Part shown: piece after piece, positions 38,938 through 48,274 of the stretch | Position numbering within the stretch: position 1 is the stretch's first letter | Layout: each line of letters starts with the position of its first letter | IMG/VR virus record: IMGVR_UViG_3300032225_002203 | Length of the DNA: 64,000 bases | Source: an uncultured virus (IMG/VR IMGVR_UViG_3300032225_002203) | Taxonomy: Duplodnaviria; Heunggongvirae; Uroviricota; Caudoviricetes | Strand: one strand, 5' to 3' | Position numbers and translations under genes: made by a program | Notes under the pieces: generated by a model | What the model saw: only the letters and a program-made list of their open reading frames with translations | Databases searched by the model: none | Told to the model about the DNA's origin: nothing

Positions 38938-39018
38938 ATGAGAAAAAAGATTTTAATAATATCATTACTAATTATAGACATTTGTTGCATTTATTTAGTA
39001 TGTAAAAATATATGGTAG
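38938..39018 (+). CDS. Candidate 26-aa single-pass membrane peptide (not in ORF track)
   Basis: MRKKILIISLLIIDICCIYLVCKNIW; ATG 4 nt after ATATATA (38927-38933). Confidence 0.5.
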   Translation: MRKKILIISLLIIDICCIYLVCKNIW

Positions 39019-39043
39019 ACATGAGTTGTTACTATATAGATTT

Positions 39044-39769
39044 ATGTATAATATTGTAGCAATCGACCCCTCATTAATATCTACAGCACTTGTTGTCACT
39101 TCTGGTGATACTTTCAAGATGTTTAACTATTGTAGAGAATCATCAGCATTTGGTAAAACAGGAATCAAAAAATGGTTCAAAATGGCTGAACAATATGTAA
39201 CTTATAAGTTTATTGAATACAGAGAATTTGAAGATTACTCTGAAGGAGAACTTACAAAGTTAAAAGACTATGATAAAATCACTGATGGTATCATTAAAGA
39301 TATTTTAGATAATATTGATACTACTAAACCAACTAAGATTGGAATTGAAGGTTATTCATTTTCATCAACAGCTGGTGATATTATTGACTTAGTTACATTC
39401 TCAACTCTTTTAAGAAAGAAACTATTTGATAAGATATCAGAAGATATCACAGTTCTTTCACCATCAACACTTAAATTAGAATCTTGTAAATTAACTTATC
39501 CACCTATTATTAAAGAGATTGGTGGTAAGAAGCCAAGACAGGAGTTTATCTGGAGAAATGCAATGGGTATATCTGGCGGAAAGTTCCAAAAAACTGAGAT
39601 GTTCAAAGCTATCACTGAGAATAATGAATTAAATGATTTTTGGGCAAAACATTGTAAGTTATCACAGACAGATGTTTTATCTATCTCGGTTATACCAAAA
39701 CCTTATGAAGATGTTAATGATGCTTATTTAATCTATAAAGTATTAGAAAAACAAAACCCACTTAATTAA
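39044..39769 (+). CDS. RuvC-like Holliday junction resolvase (start revised)
   Basis: VAIDPS, IGIEGYSF, SPSTLK, EDVNDAY. Confidence 0.8.
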   Translation: MYNIVAIDPSLISTALVVTSGDTFKMFNYCRESSAFGKTGIKKWFKMAEQYVTYKFIEYREFEDYSEGELTKLKDYDKITDGIIKDILDNIDTTKPTKIGIEGYSFSSTAGDIIDLVTFSTLLRKKLFDKISEDITVLSPSTLKLESCKLTYPPIIKEIGGKKPRQEFIWRNAMGISGGKFQKTEMFKAITENNELNDFWAKHCKLSQTDVLSISVIPKPYEDVNDAYLIYKVLEKQNPLN

Positions 39770-39780
39770 GTGGGTTTTTT
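39753..39780. terminator. Bidirectional terminator
   Basis: AAAACCCACTTAATTAAGTGGGTTTTTT. Confidence 0.8.
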
Positions 39781-39781
39781 G

Positions 39782-41737
39782 TTATACGTCTCCGTATTCT
39801 TTAATCTTATCTTCAAGATAAGCAATTGTGATTGCTTTCTTATCATCTGGAATTTTTCTACTATGTTTCAACCAACTTAAAGCCGCTTTGAATCCAGTTT
39901 TAACACCTTTCTCAAGCATATAATCGATGAAGTTTAATCTACCATATTCAGCCGCCCATTTGATAGCCATATTTCTACCACCTTCATCAGCCAATTTAGC
40001 ACCATATTTAACAAGTAATTGAAATACATCATAGTAACCCTCACCAATATCGTCTTTAGTTTTCCAACCACCTTTACAACATCTTCTAATAGGAAGAGAG
40101 TTATCAAAGTTTGGATCTAATCCTTGCTTCAAACAGTATTCAACTGCTTCAAGGTCATTACAGATATTGTTAAATACTTCACCTGTTAATTCAGAACCAT
40201 TAGATACTAATAGTTTAATCATATCTAAGTCTTGAGCTTTATTAATAATAGCATCTGCCTTACTTCTCAAGTTTGGAGAACCACCCAACTCTAAAATAAC
40301 TTGAGCTTTTTCGTGATTATTTTCTTCAACAGCATGTAAAAGAGCTACACAATTATCTTTATTGATATTAGCACCATCTTCTTTAACATATTGTTTAATT
40401 AGATCAATTGTAAGACCCTTCTTAATTATTTCTCTTTCAGCAACTTTAGCTTTTTCTCTTCTTTTGATTTCTTCATCAGTCATAGGTTTAAGTTGAGCAA
40501 AAATATCATCTTTGATATCATACTCACCTTCCCACTTTTTAAGAATACCTTTGATTGATCCAGATATACCAGCATCATCTTTAGCGTGACAAGCTCTAAT
40601 TTTTTGACCTGGTTCAATAGTGATACCTATTGTTGAATAATTATCGTATTGAGGAATATTAAAGTTATAAATATAATATTGTTTGTTATTATGTAAAGCC
40701 ACATAGTTTTCCCACTGAGAAGTGTAATCTTTGATACAGTGTCTTGTGTGACCATTTAAGAATTGATTAGCTTGGAAAGATTTAACTTCAATAATTAAGA
40801 TACCATTTTCTTCATAAACTGTATCAGCTCCTAAGAAACCATATCTTTCATTACAAGTATTAATCTTATCATAGAAAGCAAGAATCGTTTCATTCTCAGA
40901 TGACTTCAAATAGTTTTGAGCCGCTTTAATAAACTCTCTAATGTTAGTATATCTACTAAGTGGTCCAAAATATCTTTTATCACCTTTCTTATAAGCTTTA
41001 CCGTGAATAACTTGATCAGTTTCAATAGTTCTAACTTCGCCAAAGAAAGACTTCCATAGTTTTTCTTTTTTAACTTCATCAGTACCACCTAATTGGTCAA
41101 ATCCTCTACAAACTTCAGCAAATTGTCCTTTAATAACTTCAGGTGAATCGTTATAATCTTTCTTTAATACAGGAGTTAATTTATCAATTACTTTTTTAAT
41201 CTTTCTGTAATCTTCTAATGAATCTAATCCATCAATAAGAATCTCAGCATTATTTGGAATATTTACATCAATAAAGTTTTGGTCAAACTTTTTAGGCAAT
41301 TTATCTAATAAACCTTTATATTCAATTAGTTTATTTAATAAACTTCCCTCATTTGTGAACAACTCTTCTAAGGAAACCATTTCAACAAAATAGAAATAAG
41401 TAAAAGGATAAGTCCAACCAATATATTGTTGTCCAAGTAACTCTCTAACTTTTAAGAAGTCTGAATTTCTTTCAATAGTTCTAACTTCATCATCTTTTAG
41501 TCTAAGTTCTCTTAACTTCAATCTGATTTCAGCTTGTTGTTCTGGTGTAAAATCACCTAAAACTAAACTTCTTTTTTCTTTATGATCTAACTGAGCTTTT
41601 AATTCACCTTCAACAAATCCTAAATTAGTAGCGGCTTGAGTCAATAAATATGTATCTTTTAAGAACTTTTTAGCTCTATCTAAATTTTCATTTAAAGGTG
41701 TTTCATTTAAAAATTGGTTATACTTAAATAATTTCAT
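39782..41737 (-). CDS. Ankyrin-repeat protein with capsid-targeting-like N-terminus (start revised)
   Basis: MKLFKYNQFLNE; ALLHAVEENNHEKAQVILELGG; AIKWAAEYGRLNFIDYMLEKG. Confidence 0.8.
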   Translation of the reverse strand: MKLFKYNQFLNETPLNENLDRAKKFLKDTYLLTQAATNLGFVEGELKAQLDHKEKRSLVLGDFTPEQQAEIRLKLRELRLKDDEVRTIERNSDFLKVRELLGQQYIGWTYPFTYFYFVEMVSLEELFTNEGSLLNKLIEYKGLLDKLPKKFDQNFIDVNIPNNAEILIDGLDSLEDYRKIKKVIDKLTPVLKKDYNDSPEVIKGQFAEVCRGFDQLGGTDEVKKEKLWKSFFGEVRTIETDQVIHGKAYKKGDKRYFGPLSRYTNIREFIKAAQNYLKSSENETILAFYDKINTCNERYGFLGADTVYEENGILIIEVKSFQANQFLNGHTRHCIKDYTSQWENYVALHNNKQYYIYNFNIPQYDNYSTIGITIEPGQKIRACHAKDDAGISGSIKGILKKWEGEYDIKDDIFAQLKPMTDEEIKRREKAKVAEREIIKKGLTIDLIKQYVKEDGANINKDNCVALLHAVEENNHEKAQVILELGGSPNLRSKADAIINKAQDLDMIKLLVSNGSELTGEVFNNICNDLEAVEYCLKQGLDPNFDNSLPIRRCCKGGWKTKDDIGEGYYDVFQLLVKYGAKLADEGGRNMAIKWAAEYGRLNFIDYMLEKGVKTGFKAALSWLKHSRKIPDDKKAITIAYLEDKIKEYGDV

Positions 41738-41744
41738 TTTTTTA

Positions 41745-43268
41745 TTATTTTCTTCTTGTATGAAAGTTATGACCTTCATTAATTCTTTCTAATTCTTTTA
41801 GATAAATTTCTTTACCCTCTTTCATATATTGAGCTAACATTTCAACTCTTTTAAAATCACCAGCATCTAAAGCATCATCAATAAGATCTGTAAGTTCTCT
41901 TTGAGTTAATTCAGAGTAATCTATTTCAGCTTCTGGTTGAGAAACTTCTGGTTCTTTTCCAGGCATCATAGTATTATCGTCTTCTTCATTATCAAAGTTA
42001 TATGTAGGTTCTTCTACATCTATAACTTGACCTAATTCATAGTTATTTAATTCTTTATTAATTTCAGAAATCATCTCGTCAATTTTTCTACGAGCATCTG
42101 GAGTTTTATTTAGAATACCTCTAAATAATTTTAAGAAGTCAGCATCTGAAATATAATTTGAATCCATTAATTTACCAAAGATAAATGCTCTCATATTTGG
42201 ATGTTCAGCTTCGGGATTTGCATTAATAAAATCTCTAAAATCTGCTGCAATTTCTGGACCTGTTCTAAAATCTTCAGCTTCATCTTCAAATGAACTAACA
42301 TTTAATTTAACTGTTTGAGCCATTTTAATTTCTTCTTCAGATGAATCTTCAGGTGGAAATTGAATTGAAGCAATCAATTCATAAATACCTTTAACAGTTT
42401 CATGAATTAACATAGGAAAGTCAATACCACGAGCTCTAATTCTTGGAGTAGCTCCCTGAACTTCTTCACCAAATTCTTCTTTATCTTCCTCATCCGGTTC
42501 ATCACCTTTAGCTAAATCATCAAGAATTCTTTTAGCAAAATCTTCATCACTTTCTTTTTCTTTCTCTTCAGCTTCTTCTTTTTGTTTTGGTTTCCAATCA
42601 ACAGAAACGGCACCCGCCATACCTTGTGGAGCTCTTTCCATCATATCAGCTTTAACTTCAATAGGAATAATCCAATCCATTTTATCAGCCAAATTACTCA
42701 TCTCTTTCCACATATTTAGAATTTGATCAGCTTGTGGTCCAAAAATGTCAACTAAACCATCTTTAACCTCTTGCATAGCAATAATATTTTTGGTGTTTTT
42801 AGCTTCACCTTGAATAATATTATTACCTAATTTAGCCTTATGTATTTTATTAATTGTAGCAGGATCTTGAATTTGTCTAAACTTTGGAGCTTCTTCATTA
42901 TCATCATCTTGTTCTTCTTCACAATCTTGCATAAATTGAGCAATTTCAGAACCAGATCTTAATAATTTAATATCAAGTTCAACCCCATCAAGAATCTCAC
43001 CATAATTTTGTGTAATAATTTCTTTAGCTAAATTTTCTAAATCTTCTTCACGACCACGAGTCATTTGTTGAGATTGACCAACTAATTGCATTAATCTACC
43101 ACCAAATTGCATTGGAGTTTCACGACCAGATAAGCCTAAACGAGCCTTAGCTCTTGCTTCAGTATCTTTAAGATAGTCTTTATCACCAGGTTGTTTATCA
43201 CCTTCGTTTGGAACACCAGGGTTGCCTTTTATAGTTACTTCTTCTAAGAATTTTTTAAAATCTTTCAT
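41745..43268 (-). CDS. Acidic phage protein with C-terminal IDEAL-like motif
   Basis: MKDFKKFLEE; FPMLIHETVKG; LIDDALDAGDF. Confidence 0.75.
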   Translation of the reverse strand: MKDFKKFLEEVTIKGNPGVPNEGDKQPGDKDYLKDTEARAKARLGLSGRETPMQFGGRLMQLVGQSQQMTRGREEDLENLAKEIITQNYGEILDGVELDIKLLRSGSEIAQFMQDCEEEQDDDNEEAPKFRQIQDPATINKIHKAKLGNNIIQGEAKNTKNIIAMQEVKDGLVDIFGPQADQILNMWKEMSNLADKMDWIIPIEVKADMMERAPQGMAGAVSVDWKPKQKEEAEEKEKESDEDFAKRILDDLAKGDEPDEEDKEEFGEEVQGATPRIRARGIDFPMLIHETVKGIYELIASIQFPPEDSSEEEIKMAQTVKLNVSSFEDEAEDFRTGPEIAADFRDFINANPEAEHPNMRAFIFGKLMDSNYISDADFLKLFRGILNKTPDARRKIDEMISEINKELNNYELGQVIDVEEPTYNFDNEEDDNTMMPGKEPEVSQPEAEIDYSELTQRELTDLIDDALDAGDFKRVEMLAQYMKEGKEIYLKELERINEGHNFHTRRK

Positions 43269-43269
43269 A

Positions 43270-43518
43270 TTAATAATTTTGATTTGTTAAGTTAGCAAAC
43301 TTTTGAATTACTTCTTCCATTGTAGCTTCTTTTAATTTCTTTTCAGCTTTAGGAGCTGGTTCAACAGCTGGTTTATCTCTTCTAATTGGACTTGGTTTAC
43401 CAGGCTTAGTAGTAGGACTTGTTTTTGGCGGAGCAGTAACTGGAGCAGGATTTGTAGATGGAGCAGGAGCACCAACACCACCGTAAACAAATTCCTCAAA
43501 CTTTTTAATTAATTTCAT
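43270..43518 (-). CDS. Small Pro-rich protein with capsid-targeting-like N-terminus (start revised)
   Basis: MKLIKKFEEF; APAPSTNPAPVTAPP. Confidence 0.7.
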   Translation of the reverse strand: MKLIKKFEEFVYGGVGAPAPSTNPAPVTAPPKTSPTTKPGKPSPIRRDKPAVEPAPKAEKKLKEATMEEVIQKFANLTNQNY

Positions 43519-43577
43519 ATATAAACAATTATATTTGTAGTATATATTATTTTTTCCACTCAAGAAATTAACTTTTT

Positions 43578-44063
43578 ATGAAAATAAAACCAATTAGAAC
43601 CATATACGATTATAATCAGGCTAAGAAGTATTTGGAATCAATCTTTCACAGTGAACTAACTGAGGAAGAATCAAACAATGTAGCCGTTTTAGAAATTCTT
43701 ATGGAAGAATTTGAAAGAAAAGGAAAACCAGTTGAAGAAGATATCATCACAGAACCTTTGATTGACTATGTTTTTGACTTAGTATCTAATGCTTCTCAAT
43801 ATGAAGAAGAAGGTATTTTAGAAAGAGGATTAAAGCTAGGTGAAGAATATGGTGAATTATCAGCAGAAATTCTTAAATTAAAAGGATATAAAAGAACAAC
43901 AGAAGATGAAGCTAGAATTCATTATAATATCTTATTAGAATCAACTGATTGTTTAATAATGATATTTGATATAATGACACAGATGGGTTTTACAAAAGAA
44001 CAAATTTGTAATATGTCTGAAAATCAAGTAAATAAATGGTTAAAAAATATAAAAATTAAGTAA
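43578..44063 (+). CDS. MazG-like NTP pyrophosphohydrolase with HigA-like N-terminal domain
   Basis: KLGEEYGEL...ESTD acidic MazG pattern; N-terminal IKPIRT..DY..A...LE.I...L.ILMEEFE. Confidence 0.7.
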   Translation: MKIKPIRTIYDYNQAKKYLESIFHSELTEEESNNVAVLEILMEEFERKGKPVEEDIITEPLIDYVFDLVSNASQYEEEGILERGLKLGEEYGELSAEILKLKGYKRTTEDEARIHYNILLESTDCLIMIFDIMTQMGFTKEQICNMSENQVNKWLKNIKIK

Positions 44064-44064
44064 C

Positions 44065-44502
44065 ATGAAAAAAGCATATGTAATTTTAAGAAAAGGATTT
44101 GAGTATGATGATAGCATCTACAGTGAAACTGAAGGTGGTAGTCCAAATTTAATAGTTTTTTCAAAAGAAGAAGCTCAGAAAAAAGTTTATGAATTAAATA
44201 TTAAAGAGTTTAAGGAGTGTTCTATATCAGAATATTCATATGACATGGAAGATATTCTAACAGTAGAGATTGATGAGTATAATAAATTCAATGAGTCTCT
44301 TAATCAGAAATATGGTAAAGCAGAATCTAAAAATAAATGGGATTCTACAGAGAATAAGCTACACACAATGGCTAATGAAGAAGAGTGTAAGAAGTATGAC
44401 AAAATGGTAAGTATGTCATTCTATGAATTTGTAGAAACCGACATTGATACCGAATCTTTTAGAAACAAACAATTAGAATCTATATTAGATAGTAAAAACT
44501 AA
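44065..44502 (+). CDS. Hypothetical protein
   Basis: Ends RNKQLESILDSKN. Confidence 0.65.
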   Translation: MKKAYVILRKGFEYDDSIYSETEGGSPNLIVFSKEEAQKKVYELNIKEFKECSISEYSYDMEDILTVEIDEYNKFNESLNQKYGKAESKNKWDSTENKLHTMANEEECKKYDKMVSMSFYEFVETDIDTESFRNKQLESILDSKN

Positions 44503-44549
44503 TAATAAAAATTCAATAAATCCCCATAGGTTTTTTAATATATAGACTT

Positions 44550-45656
44550 ATGGGGATTTTTAATTTTAAACAATTCGTTATAAACGAATCACATGGCTTA
44601 TCTAAGTCAAGTATTATGTTTGCGGATGTCTTACAAAAAAAGACATATTATAAATTCACAGACTTTTTAGAATCATCTGAAAATATATTAGACGAGAAAG
44701 TAGAAATTAAATACAGAGACTTAGCTCGATTTATAGATAAAAGTTTATATGCTGATTTTCCTGTTGTTGGATTTGAACTAATATTAGAGTTCAAAAAAAT
44801 GACTACATCAAGATTTACAGGGATGTATAATTATCCTAACCATGTTGCCATTGGTGGATATGCTTCTGGATTTGGAAATAAAAACTGGAAAAACTATTCT
44901 AAAATAGTTAAACCAGCTAGAAAAATTGCTGATGTTGGTCTAATAATTCAATTAAGTGTTGGTGTTGATATTGATAAAGTAAATTTTGATATTAATAATC
45001 CAGAAAACAAACAAGAATTAATAGACGGCATTAACTCAACATTATACCATGAGTTAAATCACTGTTATGAACATTATAAAAGAACTATGAGAGCTTCTAA
45101 AAGAGGTGAGTATAGAAAGCCTATTTATGATAGATCTTTTAATACAGCTTTAACATATGCTGAGAAAAACAAATGGAAGTTTCCTAAAGAAATTTGGTAT
45201 AAATGGACTTCTGAATTTTTAACATATATCTACTTCAGTGAAAGACAAGAAATGAATGCTAATATTCAAGAAATCAATTACTTTATTGATAAGTATCCAA
45301 ATAAAGATTTAAAAGAGTTTAAGATATACAGAATAGCAAATGAAATGAAATATTTTAATGCTAATGAATTTTACAACTCACTTATCAATACAATATCATC
45401 TCATTATAATTTAAGAGACATGGGTAATGCTCTTTTGGTTGGAGCTAAAGATGAACACGAAATTGCTGATAAACTTAAAGATATGTGGGTTTCTGTATAT
45501 GAAAGTGAGTTAAAAGGACAAAAAGGTAAATCAGTTATACCAATAAACACTTTTAAGAAAATGAGTTGTAAGCAATTTATTGAATACTGGGGTAGACAGT
45601 TTAATGAAAATGGAAAATATCTTATGAATAAGATAGGAAAAATAACGACTAAATAA
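44550..45656 (+). CDS. Putative zincin metallopeptidase with capsid-targeting-like N-terminus
   Basis: HELNH plus downstream EMNA; MGIFNFKQFVINES. Confidence 0.65.
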   Translation: MGIFNFKQFVINESHGLSKSSIMFADVLQKKTYYKFTDFLESSENILDEKVEIKYRDLARFIDKSLYADFPVVGFELILEFKKMTTSRFTGMYNYPNHVAIGGYASGFGNKNWKNYSKIVKPARKIADVGLIIQLSVGVDIDKVNFDINNPENKQELIDGINSTLYHELNHCYEHYKRTMRASKRGEYRKPIYDRSFNTALTYAEKNKWKFPKEIWYKWTSEFLTYIYFSERQEMNANIQEINYFIDKYPNKDLKEFKIYRIANEMKYFNANEFYNSLINTISSHYNLRDMGNALLVGAKDEHEIADKLKDMWVSVYESELKGQKGKSVIPINTFKKMSCKQFIEYWGRQFNENGKYLMNKIGKITTK

Positions 45657-46058
45657 ATGAAAAAATTTACTAAAGTTTTAGAAGAAGTAGAAAATGAAAG
45701 ATTCTATAAAGTAGATGCTCAAGTTGAGTTAATCATACCAGCTGAAAATGAAGGAGAAGCTGGATATTTAGCAGATTCTATTTTAGCCTCTATTGAATAT
45801 GGATCAGAATATGTTATTGATAATATAGATCAAACTGAAAAAAAAATAGAAGAGTCTATTATATTTGAATCAAAGTCAAAAATAAAAACTGAACTAAAAG
45901 ATAACAATGACTATCAAATGGTTTCAGGTATTATTGACATCTTAAAGAAAGTAAAAGATAAAGAAAATAGAATGGAGATTGCCAACGATATGGTTACTCA
46001 ATTCAAAAAAGAAAAAATCAAATTTGATTATGATAATTTCTTAGATACATTAAAGTAA
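45657..46058 (+). CDS. Hypothetical protein with capsid-targeting-like N-terminus
   Basis: MKKFTKVLEE. Confidence 0.65.
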   Translation: MKKFTKVLEEVENERFYKVDAQVELIIPAENEGEAGYLADSILASIEYGSEYVIDNIDQTEKKIEESIIFESKSKIKTELKDNNDYQMVSGIIDILKKVKDKENRMEIANDMVTQFKKEKIKFDYDNFLDTLK

Positions 46059-46100
46059 TCTTGGAAATTAATATATAAACTATAAAATTAAATAAATAAT

Positions 46101-46679
46101 ATGAAAAAGTTTTCAGATTTTAAACCAGTTAAAAAGAAGATATTCGAAGCCGAATCAAATCTTCCTGGTAATTACGAAGATATGTCTAAAGAAGAATTGA
46201 TTAAATTAATGTCTGGTCAATCTAAGGCTGGAGAGGCTGAAGATAATAAAGATGAGGCTGAAGAAGAAAAATCAGAAGAAACTGCCGAAAATAGCGGCTC
46301 TAGTGATGTATCAAAATTTCTTTCTAGATTATTAGAAAGTAGAGAAATGGCTCAAGTTTATCACTGGACTGTTAAAGGAGATATGGGTTCTCATGCTGCT
46401 CACTTAGCTTTAGAAGCTTATTATACAGAAGTTATTGAAAACATTGATGAGATTGTTGAGGTTTATCAAGGACAATATGGTCTTATTGAGGAATACAATG
46501 TAATTGATACAACAGATACTAAATCTAAAGATAAATTAGAATATTTCAAAGAAATTGTTGAATGGGTAAGAGAAGAAAGAAAGTGTTTTGATGAAAAAGA
46601 CACACACATACACAATATAATAGACGAGGTAGTAGCCTTGTTATATAGAACTATCTACAAATTAACCTACAATAAGTAA
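46101..46679 (+). CDS. Ferritin/Dps-like four-helix protein (DUF5856-like) with acidic N-terminal extension
   Basis: YHWTV...HAAHLALEAYY...IDEIVEVYQG...NIIDE..Y+TIYKL. Confidence 0.75.
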   Translation: MKKFSDFKPVKKKIFEAESNLPGNYEDMSKEELIKLMSGQSKAGEAEDNKDEAEEEKSEETAENSGSSDVSKFLSRLLESREMAQVYHWTVKGDMGSHAAHLALEAYYTEVIENIDEIVEVYQGQYGLIEEYNVIDTTDTKSKDKLEYFKEIVEWVREERKCFDEKDTHIHNIIDEVVALLYRTIYKLTYNK

Positions 46680-46684
46680 AATTA

Positions 46685-46712
46685 AAAACCCACTTAATAA
46701 GTGGGTTTTTTT
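46685..46712. terminator. Bidirectional terminator
   Basis: AAAAACCCACTTAATAAGTGGGTTTTTT. Confidence 0.8.
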
Positions 46713-46957
46713 ATTTCTATAGTTCCGTAATATTTACTATTTATATTCTTTGTTGAGTATCTACTCATAATTGATTTACTTGGTGAGAATTCATCCTTAA
46801 TATCTAAACCTAAATCAAATATCTTATTAATCTTTCTTTTCCTACTTACATTTTTAGAACCATATTCAACTACAGTCTGAGCCGTAGTCATTGGTATATA
46901 AGGAGCATAAACATAACCTGGTTCTATTAAATTATCAGACTTTTTACCTATTAACAT
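46694..46957 (-). CDS. Mini-protein resembling the C-terminus of a T4-like major capsid protein (gp23)
   Basis: GYVYAPYIPM...FSPSKSIMSRYS.K.I..KYYGTI. Confidence 0.65.
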   Translation of the reverse strand: MLIGKKSDNLIEPGYVYAPYIPMTTAQTVVEYGSKNVSRKRKINKIFDLGLDIKDEFSPSKSIMSRYSTKNINSKYYGTIEIKKPTY

Positions 46958-47099
46958 TAAACAATCTTTTGATTTTATCTTTTCTACTTTTAGTTTTAAG
47001 AATAGATTTTAGAACTTTAGAAGACCAATAATCACCATGGATACTAGTACCTGGACCACCATATATCGTATTCCACTCATTATTTGCGATGAACGTCAT
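46944..47099 (-). CDS. Small hypothetical protein (51 aa; not in ORF track)
   Basis: MTFIANNEWNTIYGGPGTSIHGDYWSSKVLKSILKTKSRKDKIKRLFNVNR. Confidence 0.6.
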   Translation of the reverse strand: MTFIANNEWNTIYGGPGTSIHGDYWSSKVLKSILKTKSRKDKIKRLFNVNR

Positions 47100-47205
47100 A
47101 TAACCTTTTAATTTTATCTTTTCTTATTTGAACTCGATTGAATCTATGTAAAGCACTTTGAATAGATTCTCTTTTACACTCAGGTATATTTTTCCAAACT
47201 GCCAT
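47080..47205 (-). CDS. Small hypothetical protein (41 aa; not in ORF track)
   Basis: MAVWKNIPECKRESIQSALHRFNRVQIRKDKIKRLYDVHRK. Confidence 0.6.
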   Translation of the reverse strand: MAVWKNIPECKRESIQSALHRFNRVQIRKDKIKRLYDVHRK

Positions 47206-47226
47206 AATGTTATACAGTAAATTTAA

Positions 47227-47544
47227 TTACTTGTTTTCAGTGTACATATATTTTCTACCACCATCATTATAATCCATTAGATTATTGATTACAGTATCAA
47301 TCTTATCATTACAATCATCAACATCTTTCTTAATTACCTGAAGAGCCGCAATAGAGTCATCTATTTGGTCATTACCTTTTTTAGAATCGCTTTTATAGTT
47401 ATTAAGTTCATTTAGAAGAGATTCAACATATTTAGATTTATCTAACATAGTAGCAGCAAAATCTTTTAATTGTTCATTGATTTCACTAACTCTTTCAGAT
47501 GAGATATCTACTTGTTCGTCTTCATTGAATCTTTTAATTTTCAT
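47227..47544 (-). CDS. Coiled-coil protein with capsid-targeting-like N-terminus
   Basis: MKIKRFNE; heptad pattern. Confidence 0.7.
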   Translation of the reverse strand: MKIKRFNEDEQVDISSERVSEINEQLKDFAATMLDKSKYVESLLNELNNYKSDSKKGNDQIDDSIAALQVIKKDVDDCNDKIDTVINNLMDYNDGGRKYMYTENK

Positions 47545-47562
47545 AATAATGGTTTGATAATT

Positions 47563-47578
47563 TTAATATATATATTAA
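47563..47578. promoter_or_regulatory. Palindromic, probably bidirectional ATATATA promoter
   Basis: TTAATATATATATTAA between divergent genes. Confidence 0.6.
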
Positions 47579-47582
47579 TATT

Positions 47583-48272
47583 ATGAAACGTAAGAATAAA
47601 CTTATTTTAGAATTTACTGAATTTAACATGCAAAGAATGAATCCAGACTCTGCTGCTGGTGTAATTGGTGGTCAAGTTAATGACCCTTCTTTATCATTAA
47701 ATGCGTTTGATAGATATGCTGATGGTATTAGACAAGCTATGGCAAGAGTTAATGATATTCTTTATAATCTTGCTGGTACAAATGCTTATAGAAATCTAAG
47801 AGGTAAATTAGCATTAGAGAATCAAGATATTCAAAAGATGAAAATTCTTAGAATTGTTAAATCAAATAGTATTTTCTATGATGTTTATATAACTTTTGTA
47901 ATTGATGATGAGGAATACTGGGGTGTAATTGAAAATATTATGGGTACAAATCCAGAATTCACATCTGAAGTATTTAAGGATTATGACTTATATCAAAGTA
48001 AAGAATGGATTATTAAAATAAAAGGTCTTGTTATTAAAACTATTAAAACTTGGTTAAAACCTGAACCAGGTATGTATAAACTACTTAATGAAGAATTATA
48101 CTGTTATTCAACAGAGACTGGTAAACAGTTAAGAATGGAAAAAGGTATTGAAGTTGAGTTAATTAGAGCTCACGACAGTAAAATAATTGTTAAATATGAA
48201 ACAGATTATTACAATCTTGTTGGTGACAATTATATCTACTTCAATTGGTGGTTTGAAAAAATTGAAGAGTAA
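47583..48272 (+). CDS. Hypothetical protein
   Basis: Long ORF; MKRKNKLILEFTEF. Confidence 0.7.
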   Translation: MKRKNKLILEFTEFNMQRMNPDSAAGVIGGQVNDPSLSLNAFDRYADGIRQAMARVNDILYNLAGTNAYRNLRGKLALENQDIQKMKILRIVKSNSIFYDVYITFVIDDEEYWGVIENIMGTNPEFTSEVFKDYDLYQSKEWIIKIKGLVIKTIKTWLKPEPGMYKLLNEELYCYSTETGKQLRMEKGIEVELIRAHDSKIIVKYETDYYNLVGDNYIYFNWWFEKIEE

Positions 48273-48274
48273 TC

